Assembly: GCA_965287045.1 (NCBI GenBank)
Contig: OZ336877.1
Span: 55,986,001 to 56,050,000 of the forward strand
Direction: 5' to 3'
Source of the DNA: Carcharhinus amblyrhynchos
Lineage: Eukaryota
Length of the DNA: 64,000 nucleotides
The notes under the pieces are model-generated. The model saw nothing but the letters and a program-made list of their open reading frames with translations. It did no database searches and was not told the origin of the DNA. Positions 38,915 to 51,349 of this stretch are shown here, one piece after another. A program made the position numbers and the translations under genes. Numbering within the stretch: position 1 is the first letter of the stretch; every line of letters begins with the position of its first letter.

Positions 38915-40625
38915 CCAGGTTAAACATTGTTAAGGAAATCTCCTGTTGATTACCACGTACTGTCCCCCTCAATTGATGAACCAGTACTCCTTCATGTTGA
39001 ACATAATTTGGAGGAAGCCCGAAGGGTGACAAGGGAACAGAATGTTCTCTGGGGACTTCAATGTCTATCACCAAGACTGGATCGGCATTACCATTGCAGA
39101 CAGAACTGGCCAGGTCCTGAAGGACATAGCTGCCAGATGGTGTCTGTGGCAAGTGGGTGATCAATCCAAGAGGGAAAAGCATACTTGAACTCATTCTCAC
39201 CAATCTGCCTGCCACAGATGCATTTACAGTATTGGTAGAAGTAATCACCACACAATCCTTGTGGAGACAAAGTGCCATGTTCATATTGAGAATACCTACA
39301 ATTGTGTTATGTGGCACTACCACTGTTCAAAATGGGATAGACTTTGAACAGATCAGCAACTCAAGACTGGGCATGCATGAGGAACTGTGAGCATCACCAG
39401 CAGCAGAAATACACCTAAACACAATCTGTAATCCCATGCCTGGCATATCCTCCACTCTCCCATTACCACCAAGCGATGGGATCAACCCTGGTTCAATGAA
39501 GAGTGCAGGAGGGTATGCCAGGAGCAGCATCAGGCATACCTGAAAATCAGGTATCAATCTGGTTAAAACACAACACAGGACTACTTGCGTATCAAACAAC
39601 ATAAGCAGCAAGTAATAGAGCTAAACAATTCCACAATCAACAGATCAGATCTTTCAGAAGTCATACCTGACACAGAGGAAAAGGTTGTGCTGGCTGGAGG
39701 TCAATCATCTCAGTTTTAGGACATCACTGCAGGAGCTCCTCAGGGTAGTGTCCGAGGTCCAAACATCTTTATCTGCTTCAGCAATGACCTCCCTTCCATC
39801 ATAAGGTCAGAAATGGGAATGTTCATTAATGACTGCACAACGTTCAGCACCATTCGCGACTCTTCACATAGTGAAGCAGTCCTTATCTAAATGCATTAAG
39901 ACCTAGACAATATCCAGGCTTAAGCTGACAATCGGCAATAACAATTGCCAGGTAATGACCATCTCCAACAAGAGACAATCTAACCATTGCCCCTTCAATG
40001 GCATTACCATCACTAAATCTTTCCACTATCAACATCCTAGGGGTCACCATTCACCAGAAATTTAACTGGACGAGCCATAAAAATACAGTGGCTACAGGGG
40101 CATTTTCAGAAGCCAGGAATCTTGACTCCCCAAAGCCTGCCCACCATCTACAAGGTACAAATAAGGAGTGTGATGGCATGCTCCCCACTTCTCTGCATCA
40201 GTGCAGCTCCAACAACAGTTGGAGCAGCTTGACACAATGCAGGACAAAGCAGTCCAATTGATTGATACCCTTTCCAAAACATTCACTGCCTCCACCACCG
40301 ACAAACAGTGACAGCAGTGTGCGCCACTTACAAGATGCATTGCAGGAACTCACCAAGCCTCCTTAGGCAGCACCTTCCAAACACACAGTTTCTACCATCT
40401 AAAAGGACAAGAGTAGCAGATACCTGGGTACACCAACATCTGGAGATTCCTCTCCTAGCTCTGTTCCTTCACTGTCACTAGGTCAAAATCCTGGAACACT
40501 CTCCCTAACAGCACTGTGGATGTATCTATATCCCAGCTTACCTCCATATACTCAAGGGCAACTAGGAATAGCAATATATGCTGACCTAGCTAGTGAACTT
40601 CAAATCCTGTAAATAACTTTAAAAA
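38915..40625 (+). mobile_element. Old CR1/L2-group LINE (endonuclease, partial RT and 3' end; internally deleted)
   Basis: LLHVEHNLEEARRVTREQNVLWG(DFN), NPRGKSILELILTNLP, GAPQGSVRGP; tail ctaggaatagcaatatatgctgacc...aaaaaa. Confidence 0.85.
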
Positions 40626-42863
40626 ATTTATTCCCTCCACCACTAGTGCAAAATGGCTGCAATAGGTGTTATCTGTAAAATGCACTGTGGCAACCTGCCA
40701 CAGCTTCTTTGATATACCTTTCAAATTAGTGACCTCTACCATCTAGAAGGACAAGGGCAACACGCAGATGAGAACCTCATCACTTTCAAATTCCTCTCCA
40801 TGTCACATGCTATCTTGACTTGGTCACACATCACCATTTCTTCATAGTCTCGGAGTAGAAACCTCCTTTCCCAAAAGGACAGCAGTTTCTATCATTTTGT
40901 TTTGAATGCTATTATAGCTAGCGTTCATGTATGGAACTTTGAGGAATCAATTTTCCTACATCTGTTGACTGATGTGCTTACTTTGTCATTATTTGTTTCT
41001 TTCCTTATTTCTCGGTACCCTTTGCTCTCCCTCTCTCTATGTATATCTCTTTTCTTGATGTTGCAGTTAATGTTTCCCTTCTCTCTTATTCCCTGCTTGC
41101 TACTGATTTCTCCTGTGATCCATCAATTCTACCCACATTATCCTTTTAAATCCAGTGATCTTCAACTACTACCTTTTTTTTCAGTAATCCTATTCAACTC
41201 CCCATTTACAACTCATCAGTTTACTATTTGGGCCCTGAACAGATGGCCAGTGCACATATAGCATATGCACAAGATTAAAAACATAAATCAGAACATATGC
41301 AGCTCAGCATTGAGGCCCCTCTATTTGCTGGCTCCTTGTGACCACAGGATTTGCAGATGTCTTAAAACAACTGTGGCTTCTATGCCCCTTCCCTTGACAT
41401 TGCTTCAATTTTGCAATGCTGGTTCAATCTTTGGTACTGTGGATGGCCATTTCTTAAATTTCCTGAGTGAGGAAATGAAGGACACTCATTAGAAAAGCTC
41501 TGTACTTCGATACATTCATAAACATATTCCAATTCCATTTCAATTTACTACCTGCTCTGATTCTAAATAATATATCTCATCCTAAAAACAGTTCATAGTC
41601 GTTCAGGCACCCATATTGTCCAATCTTGTAACACAACCATTGAGATATTAATCATGCTATTCTCATGGCCATACAGTAAAAATATTACCTGAGTTTGAAC
41701 TTGTGATTGCTACTGCTATTATCACAAATCTTGTTGAGAATCTTCCTTCCCTAAATGTTGACCATTTACATTGATTCTTTTCATTACTCTACGAATGTGA
41801 ACTATTAATTTTACTCACCAATTAAACTTTTGGCCTAGGGTCTTAGTCCCCAAATTTCACCACTTCAAAATTGTGAGTAAATCCTTTTGATCCTGCCCCT
41901 CCCCTTTACTGTAACTTTCTCCAGCTCAACAACCATCTCACTCAACAGAACACAACATTCCTTGCATCCCTGCCCCCCTGTAATCTTTTGCCCCAAAGCT
42001 GGTGATAACATGCTTAAATCTTTCTCAGCCTGGACTCTGGAATTCCCTCTCTAATCCTCTCCATCTCCATCATCTCCTTTAAGACATTTAAAAGTCCACC
42101 TACTATCTCCTTCATTGTCTGCAGACTCAGTTTGGTCTAATTCTGACTCTGAATTGCCCTGGTCATTTTATACCTTTCAAAAATGCTAAATGTAAGTAGT
42201 TATAAATCTGAAAAAGCCCCCCTCCCTTTTTACATTCGCACTTAAAATGTAATCAGAAGTTTACAAAACCTGAATCCCTTGTTACATGCTTGCCCGTCTA
42301 TTTGTGTCCATATGTATATTATTCCTGTTAGGACATGAACAGTCTTTGTGATGGAAGGCACAACTGAATCCCCAAAGTACACACAAGATTCTCATTCTCT
42401 TATTTCAATCCTTTCATGGCTCGGTCATTCCTCCCACTGTAACTGTCTCCATCCCCCTGAAATCTTTCCTTCCTCTGATTCAGGTTTTTGAGTGAGTTAA
42501 GGTGACGATGTTTTCAATGCTGAATCCAAGACAGTCTGACATTCACCCACCCTCTCTGTTCTCTTTCCCGAGGCCAACTTCAGCCGCTAGCTGCTCGCTC
42601 ACTCGTTCCACTGTCAGGGGCCCACATTACTCAGATTCAACTGAATGTCACAGAGGAACTGTGCACAGTCCAGGGGTGGAGTAGGTGGGTGGGCTAGGGG
42701 CAGAGCACGTACACTGTGACCATAGAGTGCGATGTGTGTATTAATTAAAGCTTGGTGACCACTCCTTCTGGTTGAAAACGGCTGATAGAGAGAGATGTCA
42801 ATCTCCTAACAGAACCTGTCTCATTGCAAAGCGACTTTTCACTGACCGGCCACAGGGCAGCTC

Positions 42864-42880
42864 AGGGTCACGTTGACCCT
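42864..42880. promoter_or_regulatory. Perfect palindromic estrogen response element AGGGTCA-CGT-TGACCCT
   Basis: Exact GGTCAnnnTGACC core (42866-42878) with palindromic flanks, ~0.7 kb upstream of the CpG-island exon; function untested. Confidence 0.55.
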
Positions 42881-43549
42881 ATTTTGAACATATGTAGCCG
42901 TCCATTTATTTAAGTGAAGCTGGGGATCACAACACCTCAGAAAACAGCAAGAGAAATGCTCACCCTATTTTCCAGCATCCACTTCTCCCCATCACTGACA
43001 ATTGCTGTCTGGAATTCCTCCTGAAATCTCCGACGTCCTGAAAACACATTTGTTTACCAAAGCCCCATCAATCTCGTCGGTCAAGTGGGCACCGATTTGG
43101 GACGTCTGTCAGTCTTGTTTTTTGACCACGCCTGTACTTTTGGCACTTTGTGATTGCAGGAAGGGAGAGATAAACAGGCATGGAGAAACAGCTTGGGTGT
43201 GGGGGTTGCTTTTCTGACCATTTTTTACTAGGGCTGGGGAGGTGAAGAGAAGGTTTAATTTTGCCGATAAGTCCTGTTGTGGCAATTGGGAGAGTTTGGC
43301 CAAGCCATAAAGGAATGGAGTGAGGGGAAAGGGAGGAGGAGGTGATGAGAGTCAGGGTGCCTGAGAGCAGCCACCTTGCTGACAGGTGACCGAGCTTGGG
43401 CGGAGGATTGTTTACAAACTTAGACAGGCCATTTACAGAGGGATGGAGGCGGCAGAGCGCCGGCCCGTTGTCACCCGGGCGGCCCAGGCCCTCCTCCCCC
43501 GCCTAGCCACCCCCTCTTTCTGTGTCCCTCCCCCTCCGCTCACTCGGTT

Positions 43550-43678
43550 GTGGGAAGTTGCCATTTAAATACACAAGGAACATCATGGCGGACAGTTGGG
43601 AGAGCCCCTCTTCAGAAGCGAAGGTCAGCCCGTTGAACCGCTGTTCTTGCTGACCCCCTTCACAGCCCAGCGCAGCCG
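43550..43678 (+). other. NCOA2: Putative non-coding exon 1 of NCOA2 (TSS approximate)
   Basis: Consensus donor CCG|gtgagt at 43679. NCOA2 lies downstream of TRAM1 on the same strand in human, and GCGAAGGTCAGC recalls the human NCOA2 5'UTR. No coding exon is present to confirm. Confidence 0.6.
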
Positions 43679-44378
43679 GTGAGTAAGGCTGTTCCCGGTT
43701 CCGCCGTCGTTGGCCTGGCCTTTTCGTTTACACTGTTAGAAGGGGAGTGAGGACGAGGGAGCTGAGGCGGCGACGGCGTGGGTTTGTTCGAGCCGGGCCG
43801 GGGGGGAAGAGGGGGGGATGGCTGCCTCCTCTCTGGTTTAACGTCGCCACCCTGGAGGAAGTGGGGGGGGGAAGATTCGGGAACCTTCCAGCCCGACCGC
43901 CCCGGTCAGGGACTCCCCAGAGCCTCAACTTCTCCACCGAGGTCACTAAAAGTGTGTGTGTGTGTTTAAACATGAAATGCCCCTCAGTCCTGCAGTGTTA
44001 TGTGTGTTTTATTGTTACCCGGGTTTGCAGCCGCCGGCCGGGGAAGGCGCCGCTTTCTCTAATGAGGTTAAGGATTTCGCTCAAAATACGAGCTTTGCTT
44101 TTGGCTTCTCAACCGAACTTTCAACGGAAGCCTCCGAACGGCGCCGTTGATGGACAGCTGTGCTAGCCAATCGAAATGCCAGTAGTGCCTTGGTGCGGCG
44201 GGAGTGACCAATAGAAAGCGAATGCGCCGAGGGAGGGCGGGGGCAAGATTCCAGCTCCGCCCCCTCCCCGAGTGTAAAGTTCGGTTGCACTCGAGCTCGC
44301 TAAACGGCTCATCAACAGTAATGATAAACACCGAGAGCAGCCTGTAGCGCAGGCGCCCAGTATCCCGCACTGCCCCTC

Positions 44379-44453
44379 GGGAGTTGTAGTCTTACAGGAT
44401 TGGTTCCTCCATTACATAAATTGATCGGGGGGCGACACAGGACTACAGCTCCC
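44379..44453. promoter_or_regulatory. Inverted pair of ZNF143/THAP11-type ACTACAnnTCCC motifs
   Basis: GGGAGTTGTAGTC (44379-44391) and GACTACAGCTCCC (44441-44453). Confidence 0.7.
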
Positions 44454-45479
44454 AAGGATAGCCGGGGGGGCGGGGGCGGGGGCGCTCTTCTCTCTCCCTC
44501 CCTTCCCCCGCTGGTAGCCCACAGAGCTGGGTCTTTGGGTTATCCTGAAAGATAAAACGGTGATTAAGGCCGGGACCAATAGCAGCTTCTGGGCAGCTAC
44601 TTAATGCGGCTGAAACTAGTCTTTTGGACGCCGTCGCATCAGCTTCCCTCGGTTCACCCGCATAAAAGCGGAGTAAAACTTACCGCCCCCCCCCACCTTT
44701 TCCTTCCCCGATTGCACGACAGGCGCCACTTTTATTTGCTGGTCGAGGTTTTTTATTTTCGGGATTTCTTGTGCCTTCCACACCCCCCCCACCCCCCGCC
44801 CGCCAGTGTGGCGGTGGTGGTTAATGTTTAGAAACAAGAAGTGGAAAAACACCAAGGATCCATTATCGAAACAGTGAAAACTTGTTCTCTTTCGTGCGCC
44901 GTGATTGTAAATCGTTGCCCTGTCCCCTCTCTCTAGCAGCATCCTACCTCTGAGAGAAAATTTTGTTCTTTTTTTAACCGTCTTGTTCTGCCAAAGAGGA
45001 AAAGTTTTTCAAAAAATGTGGTTTGACTTGGCACCATCATTTGAATTCACGGTCATATTTAATTGTTGACAGAATGAATCGTTAATCTGTGTCAATGATC
45101 AGCATTACCTACGAGTTCTGCGAAATAAATTATTTTCCATACTGATTAACATATCGATAATACTGGTTTATTGTTCAGTCGGTACAAACCATACTGCATT
45201 ACCCAATCGAGGTCTGCACTTTCCATATCTCAATCTGGTCAGTTTTGACAGGTTATTCGATCGTGGCAAACACGCTAGTGGAGTCTGAATTTTTCAGTAA
45301 CCAAGTTTTACATTTGTGGCATGTTGCAGAAGTCTAGTGACCAGGAGCAGAATTTCATATTTCATTCCCCACCCTTTTCCCCCTCACCAACAGAAAGGTG
45401 ACAGGCAATGGAACCAAACAACAAACCAGCAACAGCCATTAGCAATCCCACCCTTCCTCTCGCACTGCAAGTCTAACTT

Positions 45480-45595
45480 TTCTCAGTTCTGATGAGAAGA
45501 TCACAGACCTGAAACGTTCTCTGCCAGACCTGTGAATATTTCCAGCATTTTCTGTTCTTATTCATATTGCAGACATCTGCACTTTTTTTTGGTAT
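45480..45595 (+). mobile_element. Penelope-like short repeat with a hammerhead-like core
   Basis: CTGATGA...GACCTGAAACGTT followed by ccagacctg...tatttccagcattttctgtt; related copies at ~46095-46190 and 55515-55560/57030-57105. Confidence 0.6.
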
Positions 45596-46379
45596 TGGCA
45601 GTTATAGTGCCCTACTACTCTTGTTAATCAGAACTAATTCTGTACAACTTGAGATTTAATTAGAGCTGTTGCTGGTTTGTATAGTTCCCTTGATGCTGTA
45701 AATACCAGCTAAATTGAGATGGTTTCCTTCTGTAGAATTTATCAAAAAATGCAAATATCAGGAACCCAAATAGGCGGATAATGCTTAGATTAGAGAAATA
45801 TCCTTGGTTTATCTAGCTTACTCGCTTTGTTTAACTTAATCCAGTAATAGTCATGGATCATTTTCAAAATCAGCCATGACTTTGAGCCATCTGATGTATC
45901 AGTACCCTTTTCTGTGATTCTTTCATCTGTGTACTGAAACACAGAATTATTTTCTGATATAGGAATTTTCCAGAAAACACTGTTGTTCACCCTTTTTGGA
46001 GAATGAAGCCCCAAGCCAGATAATCATTCCTTGGAACTCATCCCTGAACTCCCGTCATTTTTTCTGCAGCTTTCTTGAACTGTAGGGACTAAAAGCTCTG
46101 ACAAAGGGTCATCTAGACTCAAAACTTTGGCTTTATTCTCTCCTCAGATGATGTCAAATTTGCTGGGATTTTCCTACATTTTCTGTTTTTGTATCTGCCA
46201 GCCTTTGCCCAATTATTGAATCTGTCTAGACCTCTTTTTTTTTTGGTTAATTAGATGTTGGTCAGAATTCAATTTCAGGTTATCTGCAAACTTAGACTGG
46301 CCAAAATTTCATCTTCTGTATACAACAGTAGCTCCATAAGGGGCCACAGTGACTGGTTTCCTTGCTGCCAACTTACTCC

Positions 46380-46900
46380 TTGTTAGCCTTGGCTCAGAGA
46401 TGACACTTTCTTCTGAGGTTAGTCACAGGTTCAAGTGCTGCTCTTTGTTAAAAGTGCTTTACAAAACTTGCTTCCTTGAACAAGTTTTTGGTCACCCATC
46501 CTAATGGATGGCTTAGTGTTAGATTTTGTGTGTGCATCTGTGAAATGCTTTGGGAAATTTTATAATGTTGAAGTTGCTTTGTAACTTTTAAGTAGTTGTT
46601 GTCCAAACAGCATCTGAGTGAGCCCCACCTGCTATATCGGCTGCTTGTAAAAGATTCTACGGCATTTGTTTGAAGATAAATAAGGGAGGTCTCTTGGTAT
46701 CCTAACCAACATTTATCCATCTTCCAAAATCAGGTTATCTTGACATTTATCCCATCGAGGTTTGTAGGACCTTGTGCCCGTATTGACTGCCTTGTTTTTT
46801 AACATGATAAACAATGTCTATGCTACAGGGGTGTACTTTACTGGCTGTGAAGGGCTTTGCCATGTTTTAAGGGCTTGAAAGTCCTTAAATTTAAACTTGC
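46380..46900 (+). mobile_element. SacSINE1/DeuSINE-like remnants
   Basis: ccttggctcag...ggttcaagt head; ccaacatttatcc...tgtactttactggctgtgaagggctttg tail. Other copies at ~49655-49800 (-) and ~50340-50660 (+). Confidence 0.55.
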
Positions 46901-47284
46901 TTGTTCATCCTTTTAGAATGCTATCTAATTTGCTTACTGTTCTTTGTGAATTATTCTGATATTCGGGGGCTATGCAAATTGTTTCTTGGAAACAAAGTTG
47001 AGTAACACAAATCCTTACCTATTAGTTCAAAACATTTTCCCCCCACTCATCAGACTGTCATGTCTTAATTTGTACATTTGTCTCTACATCTAAAGAAGGA
47101 GTTTTATTAAAATTCAGATAGCTATCAGTAAAGGGATTTGCAGTCTTCTGAAACAATTCCACCAGTAGCATTTGAAAGAAATTGTCAGCATGAATCTTGC
47201 TTAGCTTCAGAAAAATGTCTACTGTACCTTCAAAAGCTTTCCAACCCTCCACTTTCCATTATGGATTTGATACGTATGAGTGTT

Positions 47285-47560
47285 GCTTGGCCTCTTCAGA
47301 AGGCAGTTTGAAGTTAACCATATTGATATGTGACGAGTCACAGGCCTTGACAGAGTAAGGCTGGTAGATTTCTTTCCTTGAGGACCTTACTAAACCAGTT
47401 GAGTTTTTATTACAATCCAACACTTGTGGTCACTTCTATTGATATATTTTTGATTATCTAAGTTTAAAAACAGTAGTAGAATTCCTAAACTGCAGCAGTA
47501 GGATTTGAACTCATTATTCCAGACATTTGGATTGCAGTCCAATTGCATAACTGCTGCCGT
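47285..47560 (-). mobile_element. Older copy of the tRNA-SINE at 29418-29799
   Basis: Collinear similarity: cagaaggcagtt, gtaaggctggtagatttctttcc, ggatttgaactc. Confidence 0.65.
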
Positions 47561-48499
47561 ATAATAGCACTTGGATCACCAATATCTGTTGATTTCTCTA
47601 TTGTCTCTACATTACATCAGTTTATTGGTGTTCTGTTTGTGTTTCCATTCCTCCTCGTATTTATTCTCTACATTTCAAAATTTTATTCACTTTTTCCCCT
47701 CCCCTAATGTTTCCACTTTCATTTATACTGGTTTTGACTTATTTCCAAGATAGGCTGCTTCAGCAATTTTTGGCAAATGTCCTTTCTACAGTTAGATTTT
47801 CCTCTGTCTTTTTAAATAATTCCCCATAATTTATTCCCTATAGCACTTCAACCATGGGAGTTTACTTTTCTGAAATTCACTTTCTTAGACTATAATTACA
47901 ATTTGATGATTAATTTGGGTGCTGTTCAACTATGGAGCTGCAATAATTTTGTGACTCTGAACTGCTGGAGAAAATATACATGTATTCTTTCCACTCAACA
48001 TGCTGTATTCTGCGACAGTGCACAGATGATCTATTCCAAGACTTCCGACAATGTTGCTATGTAATAGGGAGATTGACACATCTGACATTTGTTGACATTT
48101 TTCCTGTTTTCCCCTCCTTTTGCTCAGTACAATACCTGCTTCTTAATCTGCTCCTCCTCGACACACTTCCTCTTTGAAAATATATACTTAAAATGAGAGG
48201 AATTGTAGTTAAAACTGGATTTTAAGTTCTGCGGTTTATGTTTCTCTGATTCAGCTTGTTGGTAGACAATATTGTTGTGTAGCAGTATTTTCTGTAACTA
48301 TCTTCAGCTGCTCCTACATGAGCAGTTGGATTTGTTTTGTAGATTGAATCCATTGGGAAGGCTTGTTTTCTTTACATGGACATAAAAGCTTTCTTAATAT
48401 ATTGGGCAATTTTTATTATTCTGTAATGGTGCAGACAGAAATGTGAACCTTTTTCTCTTAAAGGAAGTTAGTTGTGTGACCTCAGTTGTGAATTTTGTG

Positions 48500-48720
48500 A
48501 GTCACATCAGTCCAAAGATGTGTAGGTTAGGTGGATTGGCAATGCCAAATTGCCCCTTTAATGTCCAAGTTGTGTAGTTTGGGTGGATTGGCCATGGTAA
48601 ATGCATGGGGTTATGACGATGGGGTGGAAGGGAGGGTCTGGGTTCGATACTGTTTTGGAGAGTAGGTGCAAACTTGATGGACCAAATGGCTTCTTTTTGC
48701 ACTATGGGGATTCTATGGTA
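48500..48720 (+). mobile_element. HE1-type SINE, 5'-truncated
   Basis: cagtccaaagatgtgtaggttaggtggattggc...gcactatgggattctatg. Confidence 0.85.
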
Positions 48721-51349
48721 TGCACTAGAAACTGATTGTTTGAGAGAGTAATTTTTTCTGCAAAATGAGCAAATTGTGTGGTACTGATGAGCAAACTGCA
48801 TGTATGAATTTTCAATAGATTTAACATGAACCATTTAAAGAAGCAAAAGTCCCAGGAATTCGGGGGTGAATTTCTGTGGGATTATTTGTTGCTTTTCATC
48901 AGTATATTCTTTGGTTTGCCTGATCTCATTTTCCTGCCTTTCCTTTCTCTCTTTCAACATTCTCGGAATTTTGCCGCCTTTGTTGGCCCAGACAGATTCA
49001 AGACTTTGGTGCCAGTTGAAAGAGTTCCCATTGACACACCAAGCACAGCTCCACAATCTACTAATACAAACCTAGTTTTTTAAACTTGTGCTATAATTAT
49101 AAATCTGTTTATTTTAACATAGGTAATAGCAGTTATATTTACTGTAGAATGTGGTTAACCGATGTTTACACTTTTCTCAGGGATTTATCCAGAATGCTTG
49201 TGTACTCTTTGTAACTGTTTAGCACAATTTTTCAATCTTGAATTTCATTATTTTCACTTCTGAATTATAAAATGAGCCAAAATGAAGTTCTGTGACATAA
49301 ATGCTTTTCTGATTTTTTTTTAAAAATTTTCCCTGGTGCTGCTGAATACATTACTGCTTCAGGGATTATCAAAGTACCACTTTACTGGGATGGAAAAGGG
49401 AACATTGCTTTGTTAAGTCTGCATAATGTTGGAATAAAATGTGTTAAAATGGTCCTGTATTAACTTGGGAAACTCTTTTGTGGAGAATTCGTCCGAGAAA
49501 GTATTGTCAGAAGCATGGTAGCTAATTTGCACATGGCAAAATCTAATGAATATTAGTGAGACAAGGACCGCATAATTTATTTTTGTGGCATTAGTTGTCT
49601 TACCAATATTTTTCCCACAAATGAGGCAAGCTCTCTGCTTTTCTTTAATACAGCACCACAAGATCTTCTACATCCATCTATTTTGTCTCATTTGAAAGAC
49701 AGCAAGTTTGGCAGTGCAGCACTCTGTGTGCTATAGTGGGCGTCAGCCTAAATTTTGTGCTCAAGTCTCGAGTGGCACTTGCAACCACAAACTTCTTATT
49801 CAGAGTTATGAGACAATCTGTGTGTAGTGCAGGAAATCTATAAAACCGAGGAGATCAAACTATTTCTCCATAATGAAACTGAATTTTGAACTTGTTGCTG
49901 AAATAATGGACTATGTTTGCTGAATAGTTATTCAAACTTCAGGCAAGCACTTGAATAAAAGGCCTTGACTTTTATTTCAAAATATGCTACACAATTTTAA
50001 ATGTCACAAAGACTTGTTGTTGTCATGTTTATGATGCTAATATACACATTTTGGCATGGCCAGAAATAAATGGCACAGTTTGCTTCAGGTTTATTTGAGA
50101 TGTGAGAAAGCAAAAGTTTTTTTTTAAAAGCTTGCTGCATGGACACTGCATCCACATGAAGAGTACACTGGGTGCATCCTTCATACATTTAAAGATCCTC
50201 TTTGAAATGAATAGGTAGTTTTGCTAGCATGTGTTTTATTTACTATAGTTATTCTTGAATTTTCAAAACTATTGTAGCTGATCTGTTGTAGTTTACAAAC
50301 CAGATTCTGCAAGTCAAAAGTTTTCAGCCTTGGTGAAGTAATGGGCTGATTTAGGAGACTCAGGGTTCATGGCTTTTGCCAAGATTTGAATGCATAACCT
50401 TGGCTGACAATTTTTAGCTTAAAATTATTGGAGGTGTCATTTTTTTTTGGATGAAACGTAAAACTCTTGGCTTAATGTGACATAGAACTATGGTGCCCTA
50501 AACAACATTTATCCATCAACCGGCACCCCCAAAAACAGATTAACTAGTGATTCACCTTGTTACTTTTTGTAGAATCTTGCTGCGAGTGTTTGTGTATACG
50601 TCAAGTAATTCTTTTGGGCATCCTATAGCCAAAAAGGTGTATGAAGGTGAAGTCTTTGTTTTTTAAAATTGTTTCATGGGATGTGGACATCATTGGCTAG
50701 ATCTCAAAGTTGGTGGTGAGCTGTGCCTTGAACCGCCGCATTTCATGTGGTATTGGTTCATTCATTATTGTTTGGAAAAGAGTTCCAGGATTTTGATCCA
50801 GTGACAGTCAAGAGTGTTATTGTTCCAAGTCTAGATGGTGCTTGGCTTGGAGGAAACTTGCAGGAGGTGGCTCTTCCTATGCACCGGCTGTCCTTGTCCT
50901 TGTAGGTTCTGAAAGATGCTGTTGAAGGAGACTTGGTGTGTCACTGTAGTCCATCTTGGATCAACACTGCTGCCATATTGGTAGATGGAGTGAATGTGCC
51001 ATTGGCACAATCAAGCAGGCATCTCTTGTTCTGATATTGTCAAGCTTCTTGTGCTGTTGGAGCTGCACTTATTCAGGCAAGTGGCAAGAATTCCATCACG
51101 CTCCTGTCTTGTAGGTGGTGGACAAGGAGAATTACTGCAGAATCCCTAGCCTCTGCCCCCTCGTAGCCACAGTTTTTATGTGACTGGTCCAGTTAAGTTT
51201 CTAATTAATGGTATCCCCCAGAAAATTGTTAGTGGAGGATTCAGTGATGGTAATGCCATTGAATGTCAGGGGAGATGGTTAGATTCTGTGTTGTTAGAGA
51301 TTGCTGAAGGCTTTGTGGCAGGATAGTTTTGTCATTTATTGGTCCCACC

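Larger units (their letters stand above)
43380..44910 (+). promoter_or_regulatory. CpG island / promoter region (probably NCOA2)
   Basis: Sharp rise in GC and CpG in otherwise CpG-depleted DNA; GC boxes, CCAAT boxes, a YY1-like ATGGCGG and ZNF143-type motifs. Confidence 0.9.

Noticed and set aside
43728-44942. Arg/Pro/Gly-rich ORFs as protein-coding genes
   Set aside because: Expected by-product of a GC-rich CpG island; no recognisable domain.
49181-49230. Possible NCOA2 non-coding exon 2 after ttttctcag
   Set aside because: Only vague resemblance to a remembered human UTR, and no good donor follows.
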